This document shows positions 50,716 to 63,232 of a DNA stretch of 64,000 nucleotides, piece after piece. A program made the position numbers and the translations under genes. The notes beneath the pieces were generated by a model that was given only the letters and a program-made list of their open reading frames with translations, was not told the origin of the DNA and searched no databases. The stretch's first letter is position 1; the number at the start of each line of letters is the position of its first letter. Source of the DNA: Squalus acanthias (taxonomy: Eukaryota). The stretch spans positions 126,172,001 to 126,236,000 of the forward strand of contig CM059432.1 in assembly GCA_030390025.1 (NCBI GenBank), in the 5' to 3' direction.

Positions 50716-51552
50716 TTTCAAATAAAGCTGTTGGACTATAACCTGGTGTTGTGCGACTTCTCACATTTGTCCACCCCAGTCCAACACCGGCATCTCCACA
50801 TCATCACGGAATGTAAGGCCAGCTGGAAGATCAAGGAAAGCCCATTTCTGAAGCTTAGGCATGCTCAGAACTGGTCCAGCTGGCCATTTCCAAAGTTCAA
50901 AATATACCTTACTGTCCTCTATCCCTTTTACCCCTCCGTCATTTCTTTTGCTTAAAAATGATCTAACTTGCTCTTTAGCTGTTACCATCCAGCTCCACTA
51001 TCTCCCCCTACACTCCATTCCACGCATTCATCACCTGTGTCAAGCAGTTAAATCTAAATTGTTCACCTTTCTCCTCTCTTTCTCCTTCCTATCCCAGCTT
51101 CAGTCACACAATTTATGAGGCAAAGGGTATCTATACCCTTTAGAATTGTGAAAACGTCGATTAATTGCCTTTTCTCCAGTGGCAACATTCCCAACTTATA
51201 GTCTGTCCTTGTTACGTCGGTGTCTGGAATTCCTGAAATCTGTTTTAGTTGCCCTACCTGTAACATTCTGCCATCTTGAATGTAAAGTAAAAGTTCACCA
51301 TTATTCTCCTCTCCCAAAGCCCCATGTTTCCTGATAGTGTTATTTTGTGGATAATTAGCTTATAATTCTTTAAATTTGGTCAAATGAGGGTCTATCCCTC
51401 CGAAATACATACAGTTTCACAATGCAGTTTATCTCTCTCCCTTCCCCACATTTACAATAGCACATTGGGAAGTATTTAAAATTCTGTTTGACAGTCTGAA
51501 TCTTTTCTGAGGAATGTCAGTAAAATGGAATATTTTCTACCTTTGACACCTA

Positions 51553-52070
51553 GGGGGGGAATTTTAACCTAAAAAAAGGGTGTGTTTGCAGTGTGGGGGT
51601 AGTTAAATAGTTAAAAATCAGATTCCCGACCTGAACCCGCCTCCAATCCACCCATTTCCGGTTTTAACAGGGCAGGCAGCCAAGCCACTGCCAGGAGGTG
51701 GGCCATCTATTAAATATTGCAATGAGGCTGGAAGCCTCTTCTTTAACCTCCATTTTGTTTTTAACTGCATCTTGTCGAGTTTTACACATTTCGTAAAACC
51801 CGGCAGTTTCAGCAAGATGGGCTGCATCTAGGAGTTAAGTGCCTTTATACCTATCTCCTGGATCCAGAGTCCCTACCTAACACAACCCTGTGATTGGAGA
51901 CCCCCCCGCCCCCCACGAGGCCTCCGATCACCCCGCAGGCCTCCCTCCCCCCGATCTCCACATGCCTCCCACCCCCACCCCGGTCCCTCGACGGCCCCGA
52001 TCTCCACTTGGTCCCCTCGGTCCTCCGGAGACCCCAATCTCCACTTGCCCTCCCGCCGATCCTCCGGTCA
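51553..52070 (+). mobile_element. Non-autonomous DNA transposon fragment, family of 17103-17600
   Basis: Colinear similarity starting at gggggggaattttaac. Confidence 0.65.
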
Positions 52071-52502
52071 TTTCCTTTCTTTCTTTGCTATATATTTTTT
52101 TTTCTCTTAAAACTACAGCTTGCTATGTTTCGGTGGAGCTGGGTATAGGGTACATGCAAATGGTGAGTCATGCGCAAATGAGACAAACTGCGTACAAAAA
52201 CATGATTTTGAGGGCAGGGGATGGGTTCTTGTTGAGGGACCAGAATATGAATAATGGGGATTTTAAATATTGAGGACGTGAATGGGAGCAATGCACAGAT
52301 GAAGTCGTTTAATATGTCTCCCATTGCACTTTTTTATCTTTTGCAAAGTTTTATTGTAGAATGAAATCTCTGGCCCACTCCCTGCTAACGGTGAGGAACA
52401 GCAGCTAGTTACGGAGTAATTGTGCTGTGGTTGGGAAAATATCAGTAGACTATAGACTATAAATCTGTATGCTTTGTTATTTATTGGGAGATACGATCCT
52501 AA

Positions 52503-52649
<147 letters not shown>

Positions 52650-53058
52650 TGACTGTCCAAATGGTGCCTACCTGCAAAGGAGTCATTATGACAATTAAAA
52701 CAAACATCTGTAATTGTAATGGTATTGCTATACAAAATTTGATGTGTTCTTTTAATTTTTATTAAGTTGTACTAACTGTATGAGCTGGTCCTACTGGGGA
52801 TTTTTATTAATTTTGTGTAGAGTTTTTATATTTAATTAGGTCTCTCTCTTTTTCTGGCCAGTATTCTCCCCTTCTCTCATTAAGGCACTGAGTCTTGTTT
52901 GGGTGTGACCCCCAACAGTCTTCCAGTGCCATGCTTCATGAGTAAGCCTAGATGTTAATTGTGCTTAAGTGGTGTATAGGAATTGAGTGTTAATTGAGGA
53001 TGCACAGTATGTAATGAGTGTCTATGTGAATAAAGGGCGAGTGAGCAGCTAAAGACTA

Positions 53059-53869
53059 GGGGGGGGGGAATTCGGTTCCTTAGCGCCTCCGGGGAGGGGA
53101 CGCTAGGAACTTCGCGCATGAGTGCGGTGATTTTAGCGCCGTTCGCGAAATTGACCAGTCGTTTTGCGGCATCGCTAAACACTACCGCCACGATCTCTTG
53201 CGCCCGCAGATCGTGACATCAGTTGAGCTGGTAGCGCCCCGGATCGGATATTGAGTCGCGCCCCCTGCCTTAGCGCCTGCCGCTAGGAACAACCGGTAGC
53301 TGGGAACGTTTCCAAGTCGGGAAGGGGCTGGGGGAGCGCTATTTAAAGGCGGACGCTTCCTGCCTTTTCTTGTCGGCAAAATCTTTTGTACATGCAGGTT
53401 GAGAGGGAGAGAGACGTCTGGAGAGATTTAATGCTGTCCTAAGGAGTTTTGGCCCTCAGCACCACTTTTGAGGTTCTTAAGCGCCAAGCTCTTTCTCTGG
53501 GCCTATCCATTAGTGCTTTCAACACAATTGCTTTAGCGGTCTCTCCAGGCTGAGATTCAAGGCTGCAATGAGCAGGGTGTGGCTGGCCAGCAAGATGGCC
53601 CCTCCCCTTTAAGAACTGGATGGCACCAGTCTGTCTGGCTTCTATGGTAATTGGCATCGCCTGAGCTTCAGTAGCGTTCTGAGGTAGCGCCTCGCTCCCT
53701 GATGTTTGCGCCTTAAGAGAGGTGTGTAGCACCTGATTTAGTGCTCAAATCACCTCCATGGGCGATAGAGGCGAATTTTGCAGTCGGAGGCGATAATTAG
53801 CGCCGGGCGCTAAACTTTGCGCCCGGCCGATATTGGCGCCCCAAAATGGGCGATACCCAATTTTTACCC
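53059..53869 (-). mobile_element. Harbinger-type non-autonomous transposon, inverted relative of 49723-50615
   Basis: Reverse complement gggtaaaaattgggtatcgcccattttggggcgccaatatcggccgggcgcaaagtttagcgcccggcgctaattatcgcc aligns with 49723 onward; retains MDRPRERA, like the start of a Myb/SANT ORF. Confidence 0.8.
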
Positions 53870-54822
53870 ATGTAACTCTATCCTCCACCACCTGGCTGTC
53901 TGACTTTTACACTAGATTGTGAGTACTGATGGGCAACTCCGCTGTGGAGGTTATCACAGCCAAGTCCAATCCTGTCCTCACCCAACACCCCTTATGCACT
54001 TCCCAGCAGGGATCACTGGATAGCAATGGGAAGTGATAATGTTAGCTGAAATTCTCCCCCAATCCTTCCCTAATTTAGGGACCCTGCAGCCAAATGTTGC
54101 AACCCAACAGCTGTTCTGGTTGAGATCAGCCATGGACCCAGGAGCTTGAACCTTCTATGTGGCTTCGTGCTACAATGGGAGGTGTCTTTATCCATTAGGC
54201 CATCAGTGGAGTCACTTTAAAAAAAAAAAAAAAAAAATCTCTTATGCACTTGGAAATTATTTACGTGACATAATTTCCATGGCATCTAATCCATAAGATA
54301 ACACGATTTATTGTTCTATATACATATATATGACTTTATGACATAGTATACTTTTTACAAGTCAGTGAGGGAAATACAGGTCCAAATAAGTGTGTTGTCC
54401 CAAGTTTAGAATCTTGCGTTAGATATTCTCTTGAGTGCAGCGATGCTAGTCATGCCTGTAAATGGTCCGAGGGGCTTGTGTTTAAGGATGTGCCCATTCT
54501 GCCCAATATCTAACTGTACAGTAGGATTACCCAGACTATAACAATAACATCCCCATGTAATCTGAATTGTATATTTGTGTCTTTCGCACATGTTCTTCTT
54601 CAATTTCTTTTGAAGGCTGATTAAAAAAGCACTTAATGAGGCGAGACCACATATGATTAAATAAGCTGCTTTATTTCACGGCAAGTGAATGTACAGAACA
54701 ACAGTTATAATCAGATTCACTTAACGCAATCAGTACAATTTGTCTTCACATAGTGATGCAAAATAACGTATACACTACGCTTCCCCAAATCTGTGGGTTG
54801 TCTGAATTGACTTAAACTGAAT

Positions 54823-54916
54823 GAGGGTAATTTTCAACATGGAACCAAAATCAAACAGGTCCTATAACCGATGGGTTATCCGCTCTTCCCAGGCATCCAA
54901 ATTGAAAATTATCCCC
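54823..54916. mobile_element. 94-bp MITE
   Basis: TIR gagggtaattttcaa / ttgaaaattatcccc; AAT TSD (54820-54822, 54917-54919). Confidence 0.6.
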
Positions 54917-57356
54917 AATAATTCCTAACCAAGCTCCTGAATTCTCCTTCTCGACCTGGTGAAAGCTTTGTCTAGCAGCTATGTGTTTTTTTTAAGCTGA
55001 ATGCCTTCGTAGCCTTCTGTTTTAAAACCAGACTGCCTGTATCTCTGTGTTTTATCTTCCTTTGATCACAGCAAGAGAAGGATCAGGGACTGTCCAGCAC
55101 AATGGGTGTGAGATGTTTATTGATTCCAAAACAGGCTAATGAATTGATTATTGTTTCCAGTCTTTGGGGAAGACCTCCATTAGCACATTAACCGCTTTTT
55201 GCCTAGGTGATTTTTTAAATCTTGATTCGATTTTCTCGTGCCAGAGAATCTTTTAAATCCATCTGAGCAAGCAGAAGGGGCCTCAGTTTAACATCTCGTG
55301 AAAGATAGCATCTTTGACCGTGCTTGGCCATGAAATTAACTTGATTAAACCATAGTAAATAATTTCCTCCATTCAGAATTTGACCATAAGTTAACAATCA
55401 AACCACCCTCTGCCATTGCATCAGATTCATGAATGTATTGGAAAAAACATTTTCAGCCTGGCAACCACTACATTTTTAAATTTGCTCTTGGGATGTGGAT
55501 GACTCTGGCAAGGGCTATGTTTATTGTCCATTACACAGTTACCTTTGAAGTCCCCAAGGATTTAGACTTGCTCCCCTGCTCTTCCTCATCTCCATGCTGC
55601 CTCTTGGTGACATCATCTGCAGCCATGGCGTCAGCTCCCACACGTACACTGACCGCAATTAGCTCATCCAATATGGAGGAGTACTGATTTGGTGGTGGGG
55701 GATGGGGGAGTGGTATGTGGTGACCATCCGGCTTCATGGGTTCCAAAGCCATTGTTGAGGACTTTCGAGCCCACTCCCACTGCGCTTTCATCTCTGTTGG
55801 TTTCATCCTGCCAGAGAGACCGGGCATACCCATGAACGGCGATTCAGACTGGAATGTTGACTGTTAGATATGATTCTGTGTCGGGCTGCTGCATGACTAG
55901 TCTATGGGACACCTCTCCCTACTTGGATACCGGTCCCCAGATGCATGAGGAGGACTTTAACTGGGCTGAGATTGCCTGAGCTTGATGCGATGCCTGATTC
56001 ATTTCTCATTTTTCTTTCTTCTTTTCCTTAATACCAACTGAACATGCTATACACTGTGTTGTTGTACATTTCCATTGGCCTGCTGCCATTGCTGACTGCC
56101 CAGATATCTCCGGGGATGAAGTAGCATTAATCGGTTTTAGCAGGGGGAGCCTTTGTTGTATCAGTGAAGGCTTTATGTGTGAAACTTTAGGAATTTATGT
56201 CAGGTTGGAAATTCCAAAGCAAATAGTTTTAAGTGTAAAACTGTGGTATGGGCGCCTAAAGGGGACATGTATTTTCAAGTTTCTCTTGCTCAGTCATAAC
56301 TTTATACTGAAGAGCATTCACCCAGCTGGGGAAAACCTTCAGCCTCTTGACGAACATTTCTGAGAAATTGCAGACTGAAACTCTGCAGGCACCTGGAACA
56401 AATGTTGCACCACATCCCTACAAGTTTAGGCATTGTAAATATTTACTTGTGTATTAGATTTTCTGCATAGTGGATTTTAACTTCATTTATAATGGCCATT
56501 TCTTGCTGGTCATGATCAAGTTTGAGATGGTTGATTTGTGAGAAGTAACAAATGACTACTGTTGTAATGGAACCTTGTGAAAAAGAACAACCCATTCTCC
56601 TAAACAGGAGTCCCTCTTGCACAGGTTTCAGGCTCCTTCTCACGGCAGTGAGTTCTTTAAAGGTGTATTTTCTTTGTGAAAAAACCTAAGCAGCTATTTT
56701 TTTGTTTGGAAAGGACTGTTCATGTCTTTCCTCATCAGACTTAAGTCATATGCAAGTGATGTGAGGATGTGTTTCAACTTGATGATTGCATCATGTGTTT
56801 GGCAGCGCTTTTCCTCTTTATAAATATATTTTCATGAAGACAGTGACTCTTCAAAACATTCACATGGAATCATATACCTGAGTTTGTTGCATTATGTTCC
56901 CTGGGGGTTACTGGTGCTGTGGAAAAAGCCCCATTTATATTGTGGGGCAGTTTGGATGCCATTTTTGTGTACAGCTGTTTCTAAATCACAATTCATGACT
57001 TTGTCTCTCATCACTGTATTTTTCCCAGTGGCTTTTCCTAATCCAGTAATGTTAAAAAAAAAAAAGCAACAGTATTGCTGGCCTGTAATCAACCACCTGA
57101 GCTACTGCAAGTGACCAGGAAGCATAACTTTCAGTTGAGAATGCTGCTTTAAGAAACCAACTCTTATAATGTGTCTCAGATACAGCAATGCCACCTCATT
57201 CACTTTACTACTGAAGTCAAGGCAGCTGTTACTCGCAGCACACTAACTGCATGCTCTATTACATATTAAATTTGGTATGTGGGGCATGTATTCATTGAAA
57301 ACTCTACGTACTGGCAGAACCTGTTACTCCTGCAGGTGGTGCTGTGGTGAGCCTTT

Positions 57357-57780
57357 ACAACAACAACTTATATTGATATAGCGCCTTTTAATGTAGTAAA
57401 ACGTCCCAAGGCGCTTCACCGGAGTGTTATAAAACAAAATTTTACACCGAACCACATCAGGAGATATTAGGGCAGATGCTTGGTCAAAGAGGTAGGTTTT
57501 AAGGAGCGTCTTAAAGCAGGAAAGAGCGGCAACGAAGCGGAGAGGATTAGGGAGGGAGTTGCAGAGCTTAGGGCCTAGGCAGCTGACGGCACTGCTAGCA
57601 ATGGTGGAGCGATTATAATCAGGGATGCTCAAGAGTCAGAATTGGAGGAGCGCAGATATCTCGGAGGAGGGGGGGTGGGGTGTTGTGGGGCTGAAGGAGA
57701 TTACAGAGCTAGGGAGGGGCGAGGCCATGGAGGGATTTGAAAATGAGGATCAGAATTTTACAATTGAGACGTTGCTTAAT
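57357..57780 (-). mobile_element. L2 LINE 3' end
   Basis: ORF 57324-57632 LGPKLCNSLP...[14 protein letters not shown]2 tail. Confidence 0.85.
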
Positions 57781-58206
57781 GTTAAAGATGTTACACGGTG
57801 TGAGACACTATGGCTGCTATTTAATAGTGAGAGTATATCACGCTGTGAGTGCACAGTCTGGCCACCGGGTTCCCACAAATTGTTCAAAATGCTTTCTGAA
57901 AATTTTTCAGTTGCAATTTTCTTTCTCAGTATCGAAAGTTTCTAATGTCCAAAATAAGGGTTCAAATAAAGATAGTTAAAAATCAAGAAGTTAAATATCT
58001 CACAATAACATGATTAAATCTACTCATTGAATTATCTTTTGTGGTTTTTTAATGCCTTCACTAAAGCTTTTAATTGAAGGTCTAAGCCTCTCCCAAAAGC
58101 CTGGGTTTGATCATTTTCCCCAGTGCTGTGACTCTGAGCTAACTTTGAATTGTGCAGTCTGAGCATGTGCAGCGTACCTAATTGCACAGGATGCAGCAGC
58201 AACAGT

Positions 58207-59890
58207 GGGCTGGATTTTACCAACCGTGGCGGATCCCGGCCTCGCTGCTGGCTCCAGCCCGCTGTGTAGAATGACTTTCCCCTGATTGGGCTTGTTAAGC
58301 CCGCCCATAGTGTTTCCCGGCCAATTGAAGGAAGCGGGTCTGATGATGTCATTTGATGACGCGTCATCAGCCGGTTTCCTTAAAGGGACCATGAACAAAT
58401 TGATTTTGCCATTTGTGCTGTCAGTGTTCTACAGCATTGAGGTGCTGCAAACACTGACAATCACTGCACAAAGGTGCACGGCTGCACCCAGGCTCTCCCA
58501 TGACTCCCTCCGTATGCTTATGGAGGGAGTCAGAGCACATCGGGAGGTTCTTTTCCCTTCCGATGGGTGGAAGAGACCTCCTCAGGACACCAACGCAGCC
58601 TGGTTGCACATTGCACAGGAGGACACAAGCAGGGATGTAGTCGGGAGGACCAGGCTGCAGTGGCGCAAAACTTTCAATGATCTCAGTAGATCGCGAAACG
58701 TTACTGCAAAGCCACACTCAACCTCATCCTGCTGTGCGACCCATCACATCCCCATCACTCTGCCTTCTCTACCCTACTCCTGCACACTGCACATCCTTAC
58801 TCACACCAACTTACCTTGCACTTCCACCCATCCCTCTCTATCTACATTATTACTTCCCCATCTCACTAGCCACCCCTTACACTCACCCTCATCCTAGTCC
58901 AATCATACCAACTAACAACACACAAGAGTATGTTTTAGCCAATGTTCATGTGAAGTTTCTGTTAATGTGCTGTCAAACATTGAAATCTTTATTTTCAACA
59001 CTTTCTGTTCTTGGACAGATGTGTATGCACCTTTGGAAGTGGCTTAGTGAGTTACAGTGAGACATAACAGTACCCCCTGCAATGCTGATGAGTGTGAAAG
59101 GGATGGCTTGGGCATTGTAAGGATGCTTTATGTTGTTGGTGTGGGGTGGTGCCAACCTGGCGCATCATGTGGCAGCCAGGGTGTGCAGCGTCAAGTGAAG
59201 TAAATCTGGCCATGGTGAGGCCATCCCTGGCGTCCCGGGCAGCAATGTGGTCGGTGCTGATGCCCTCTGTCCTGTGCAGCATCAGGCGATTGTGGAGAAG
59301 GTTGGTGTTGTTGGTGCTGCAGGTGTGCCTGGTGATGCTGATCCTGGTCAGATTTTGAGGACCAAGGTGAGAGTGTTTCAAGGGCACTGATGCTGATGGC
59401 AGGTGAAGGTGAGATGACAGAAGCGATCTGTCAGTGGTGGGAGAGGTAATGAGGTCAGACTGGATGGAGACTTGTGTAAAGACTTGCAGCATTCTGAATC
59501 TGTAGTGGAAATGCAGTTCAGAGAGGCTAGTGGTTAAGGGAACATATCTCAATTAGCTGGGAGATTTGACGTGACATTTGAAGCTGTCAACTCATCAGCT
59601 GATTCAATGGCCACTGACCTCCCACCTCGGCTTCACTGACGAGGTCTAGGCACAGCGGGAAATCGGTAGGTGACCTGTCAAAGCCAAAAAGCTGGGGAAA
59701 AAAGCATTTTTAAGTGGCTGTAAACAAGCCACTAATGATTTCAATTGCCTCCCCCGCTGCTGCGTGTTGGTTCTGCTCAGCGCTGGCAGACCCAACATTT
59801 GGGAAAGGCATGTGGCCTGCTGTCAAAAAAAACACTTTCCCACCCGACCCGCCACCGATCGCGCCCACTGACCCCCCTGGAAAACTCTGC
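58207..59890 (+). mobile_element. Harbinger deletion derivative with a Myb/SANT-like DNA-binding ORF remnant
   Basis: APRLSHDSLRMLMEGVRAHREVLFPSDGWKRPPQDTNAAWLHIAQE...RTRLQWRKTFNDL at ~58490-58685; degenerate TIRs gggctggattttacc / ggaaaactctgc; no transposase seen. Confidence 0.75.
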
Positions 59891-60009
59891 CAATGTTCCC
59901 CCTAAGGTGCGCAGCCGCGCATCAATCCCGAGGTCCCGTGCAGGCCGCTCACCAGCTGCTGCCACTGGAAGAGATACCGTGCAGCAAATTTAAAGGTCCT
60001 GCACAGCTT

Positions 60010-61326
60010 GGGCACTTAGAAAATAATAATAGGATTGGCAGAGTCAACACGGATTTATGAAAGGGAAATCACGTTTCACAAATCTGTTGGAGTTTTTTGA
60101 GGTTATAACTAGCTAAGGGGGAGCCAGTGGATGTGGTGTATTTGGATTTTCAGAAGGCATTCGATAAGGTGCGACACAAGAGGTTATTAAACAAAATTAG
60201 GGCTCAGGGGATTGGGGGTAATATACTAGCATGGATTGAGGATTGGTTAATGGACAAAAAACAGAGAGTGGGAATAAACGGGCCATTTTCGGGTTGGCAG
60301 GCTGTAACGAGTGGGGTACCGCAAGGATCAGTGCTTGGGCCTCAGCTATTCACAATCTACATCAATGATTTGGATGGGGGGACCAAATGTAATTTATCCA
60401 AGTTTGCTGATGATACAAAGCTGGGTGGGAATGTAAGTTGTGAGGAGGATGCAAGGAGGCTTCAAGGGGATATAGACAGGCTAAGTGAGTGGGCAAGAAC
60501 ATGGCAAATGGAATATAATGTGGAGAAATGTGAAGTTATCCACCTTGGTGGGAAAAATAGAAAAGCAGAGTATTTTTTAAATGGTGAGAGATTGGGAAAT
60601 GTTGGTGTTCAGAGGGACCTGGGTGTCCTCATACACGAATCACTGAAAGTTAACATGCAGGTACAGCAAGCAATTAGGAAAGCAAATGGTATGTTGGCCT
60701 TTATTACAAGAAGATTTGAGTATAAGAGTAAAGACGTCTTACTGCAATTATATAGGGCCCTGGCGAGACCACACCTGGAGTATTGTGTACAGTTTTGGTC
60801 TCCTTACCTAAGGAAGGAGATACTTGCCATAGAGGGAGTGCAACGAAGGTTCACCAAACTGATTCCTGGGATGGAGGGATTGTCCTATGAAGAGAGATTG
60901 AGTAGACTAGGCCTATATTCTCTAGAGTTTAGAAGAATAAGAGGTGATCTCATTGAAACATACAAAATTCTTACAGGGCTTGACAGGGTAGATGCTGGGA
61001 GGATGCTTCTCCTGGCTGGGGACTCTGGAACCAGGGCTCACAGTCTCAGAATAAGGGGTCGGCCATTTAGGACTGAGATGAGGAGAAATTTCTTCACTCA
61101 GAGAGCGGTGAATCTTTGGAATTCTCTACCCCAGAGGCCTGTGGAGGCTTAGTCGCTGAATATATTCAAGATAGAGATCGATAGATTTTTGTATATTAAG
61201 GGAATCAAGGGATATGGGGATAGTGCAGGAAAGTGGAGATGAGGTAGAAGATCAGCTATGATCTTATTGAATGGCGGAGCAGGCTCAAAGGGCCAAATGG
61301 CAAATTCCTGGTCCTATTTCTTATGT
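60010..61326 (+). mobile_element. Young CR1 LINE 3' portion with a 341-codon open RT frame
   Basis: ORF 60127-61152 ([42 protein letters not shown]); closely similar to 39740-41048. Confidence 0.93.
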
Positions 61327-62529
61327 GATGTAAAACTTGTATGTTTTTTTATTTAAAAAGAGATGTGTGTGTATTTATGCGAAAGAGAGAAATTACTTCT
61401 CATTACACAGCTTTTGTTTAATGTTCTTTAAATGCTAAAAAGTGCATTAAAATCTGTGTGTGTGTTTGGACAGAGCAGAGAGAAAGAAGAATGAGCTGTT
61501 TCTTCATTTAACAATGCTTTAACTTTCAAAAAAAAGTTTTAATTTTGAAGCCAGCTAATTATCTCAACCTGATGGCTAGAAAGGATCAACATATGCATCT
61601 GTGCCCCAGAGATTCTCCTTTTTAACAGCTGTGAGACAGAGAAAAGCAGCTTTTTCCTACATTCTAATGATTTTTTGGTTAAAAAAATCAAGTTGAATTT
61701 TGAAAGCAAACATACCACTTTGAGGGCAATGGAGAGGAGATGGGAAACTGGTTGAAGGTGAGGAGGGCTCAGGCCTCTTGGCACCCACCCATGGCGGAGG
61801 AGGACAGTGGATGAAGAGTTAAGGGTGAAGTGAATGACAGTGGAGGATGGGGGAGAGGAGCATATAGGGTTGAATGGGTTGTTCATAGAGGACAAGGCAG
61901 GCATAGTGATGCGAGTAAAGGCAGTAGGAGGGGAATGGGTAGTGGCGAGGTGTTGAGGGGCAACAGGAGTGTTTTGGGGAAAGAATGTGATGGGAGCCCC
62001 TGAGGGCCACGTCTTACCTGTAACCCCCCCACCCCCAAATGCAGTCTGCAACCGTTGTGGGTCATTTCCCCACCACACCACATCACACAACCCTTCTGAA
62101 AGGAAAAAAATAGAAAAAGAGAGAGAGAAGCAGATAGAAAGAGATGGAAAAAGAAGAGTTGAGGGGAGAGAAGCAGCAGAGAGTAGATGGACAGAAGCAG
62201 AAGAGGAGAGACTGAGAGAACCAGCAATGTGAAGGTATCAGAGACAGGTCATATTCTGAAACTTACTGTGTGCAACACCATAAGAGATCAACCAGTAATA
62301 CTTAATTTTAAACCCAAGATTACCAAAAAATTAATATTGGGCCAAGTTTGGACATTGCATAGAAGTGCTGGACCTGGTGCTGTTGATAAATTAACGTATG
62401 AATGACTGAGACAGCAGAACACTGACAAACAGCACCGAGGTCTTTCCATGGAGTTTCACCAAAAGATGATCGGTGCAGTGTAATGGACAAAATAAATCCT
62501 GGTACATTGTTCTCTCATCAAGGGAAGTG

Positions 62530-63232
62530 CAGTGATACCATCAGGACTTTCCCACAGTGATTGTATCAGGACTTCCCCACAGTGATAGTATCAGGACTTG
62601 CCCACAATGATACCAGCAGGACTTGCCCACAGTGATACCATCAGGACTTGCCCACAATGATACTATCAGGACTTGCTCACAGTGATACCAGCAGGACTTG
62701 CCCACAGTGATACCATCAGGACTTGCCCACAGTGATACCATCAGGACTTGCTCACAGTGATACCATCAGGACTTGCCCACAGTGATACCATCAGGACTTG
62801 CCCACAGTGATACCAGCAGGACTTGCCCACAGTGATACCAGCAGGACTTGCCCACAGTGATACCATCAGGACTTGCCCACAATGATACTATCAGGACTTG
62901 CCCACAGTGATACCATCAGGACTTGCCCACAATGATACCAGCAGGACTTGCCCACAGTGATACCATCAGGACTTGCCCACAATGATTGTATCAGGACTTG
63001 CCCACAATGATACTATCAGGACTTGCTCACAGTGATAGTATCAGGACTTGCCCACAGTGATAGTATCAGGACTTGCCCACAGTGATACTATCAGGACTTG
63101 CTCACAGTGATACTATCAGGGCTTGCCCACAGTGATACCAGCAGGACTTGCCCACAGTGATACCATCAGGACTTGCCCACAGTGATACCAGCAGGACTTG
63201 CCCACAGTGATACCAGCAGGACTTGCCCACAG
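62530..63232. repeat. 25-bp minisatellite, about 28 units
   Basis: Consensus cagtgataccatcaggacttgccca repeated head-to-tail with no spacers. Confidence 0.97.

Larger units (their letters stand above)
49685..50804. mobile_element. Palindromic Penelope-derived mini-element (~224 bp net), interrupted by a MITE
   Basis: aaatgtgagaagtcgcacaacaccaggttatagtccaa...mirror...ttggactataacctggtgttgtgcgacttctcacattt; 12-bp TSD cacagaatgtaa / cacggaatgtaa. Confidence 0.85.

Noticed and set aside
59891..60008. hAT-like MITE starting caatgttccccctaag
   Set aside because: Only one end visible (the other is lost at the CR1 junction) and no TSD, so not listed as a feature
60127..61152. Long ORFs (341 aa here, 296 aa at 23440-24330) as host genes or active retrotransposons
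   Set aside because: 5'-truncated LINE ORF2 pieces without endonuclease, ORF1 or promoter
61720..62230. Purine-rich tract as a functional element
   Set aside because: Low complexity with no periodicity or identifiable motif; nothing beyond generic triplex or G4 potential
62530..63232. CRISPR-like array
   Set aside because: Units abut with no unique spacers, there are no cas genes, and the context is a vertebrate intron
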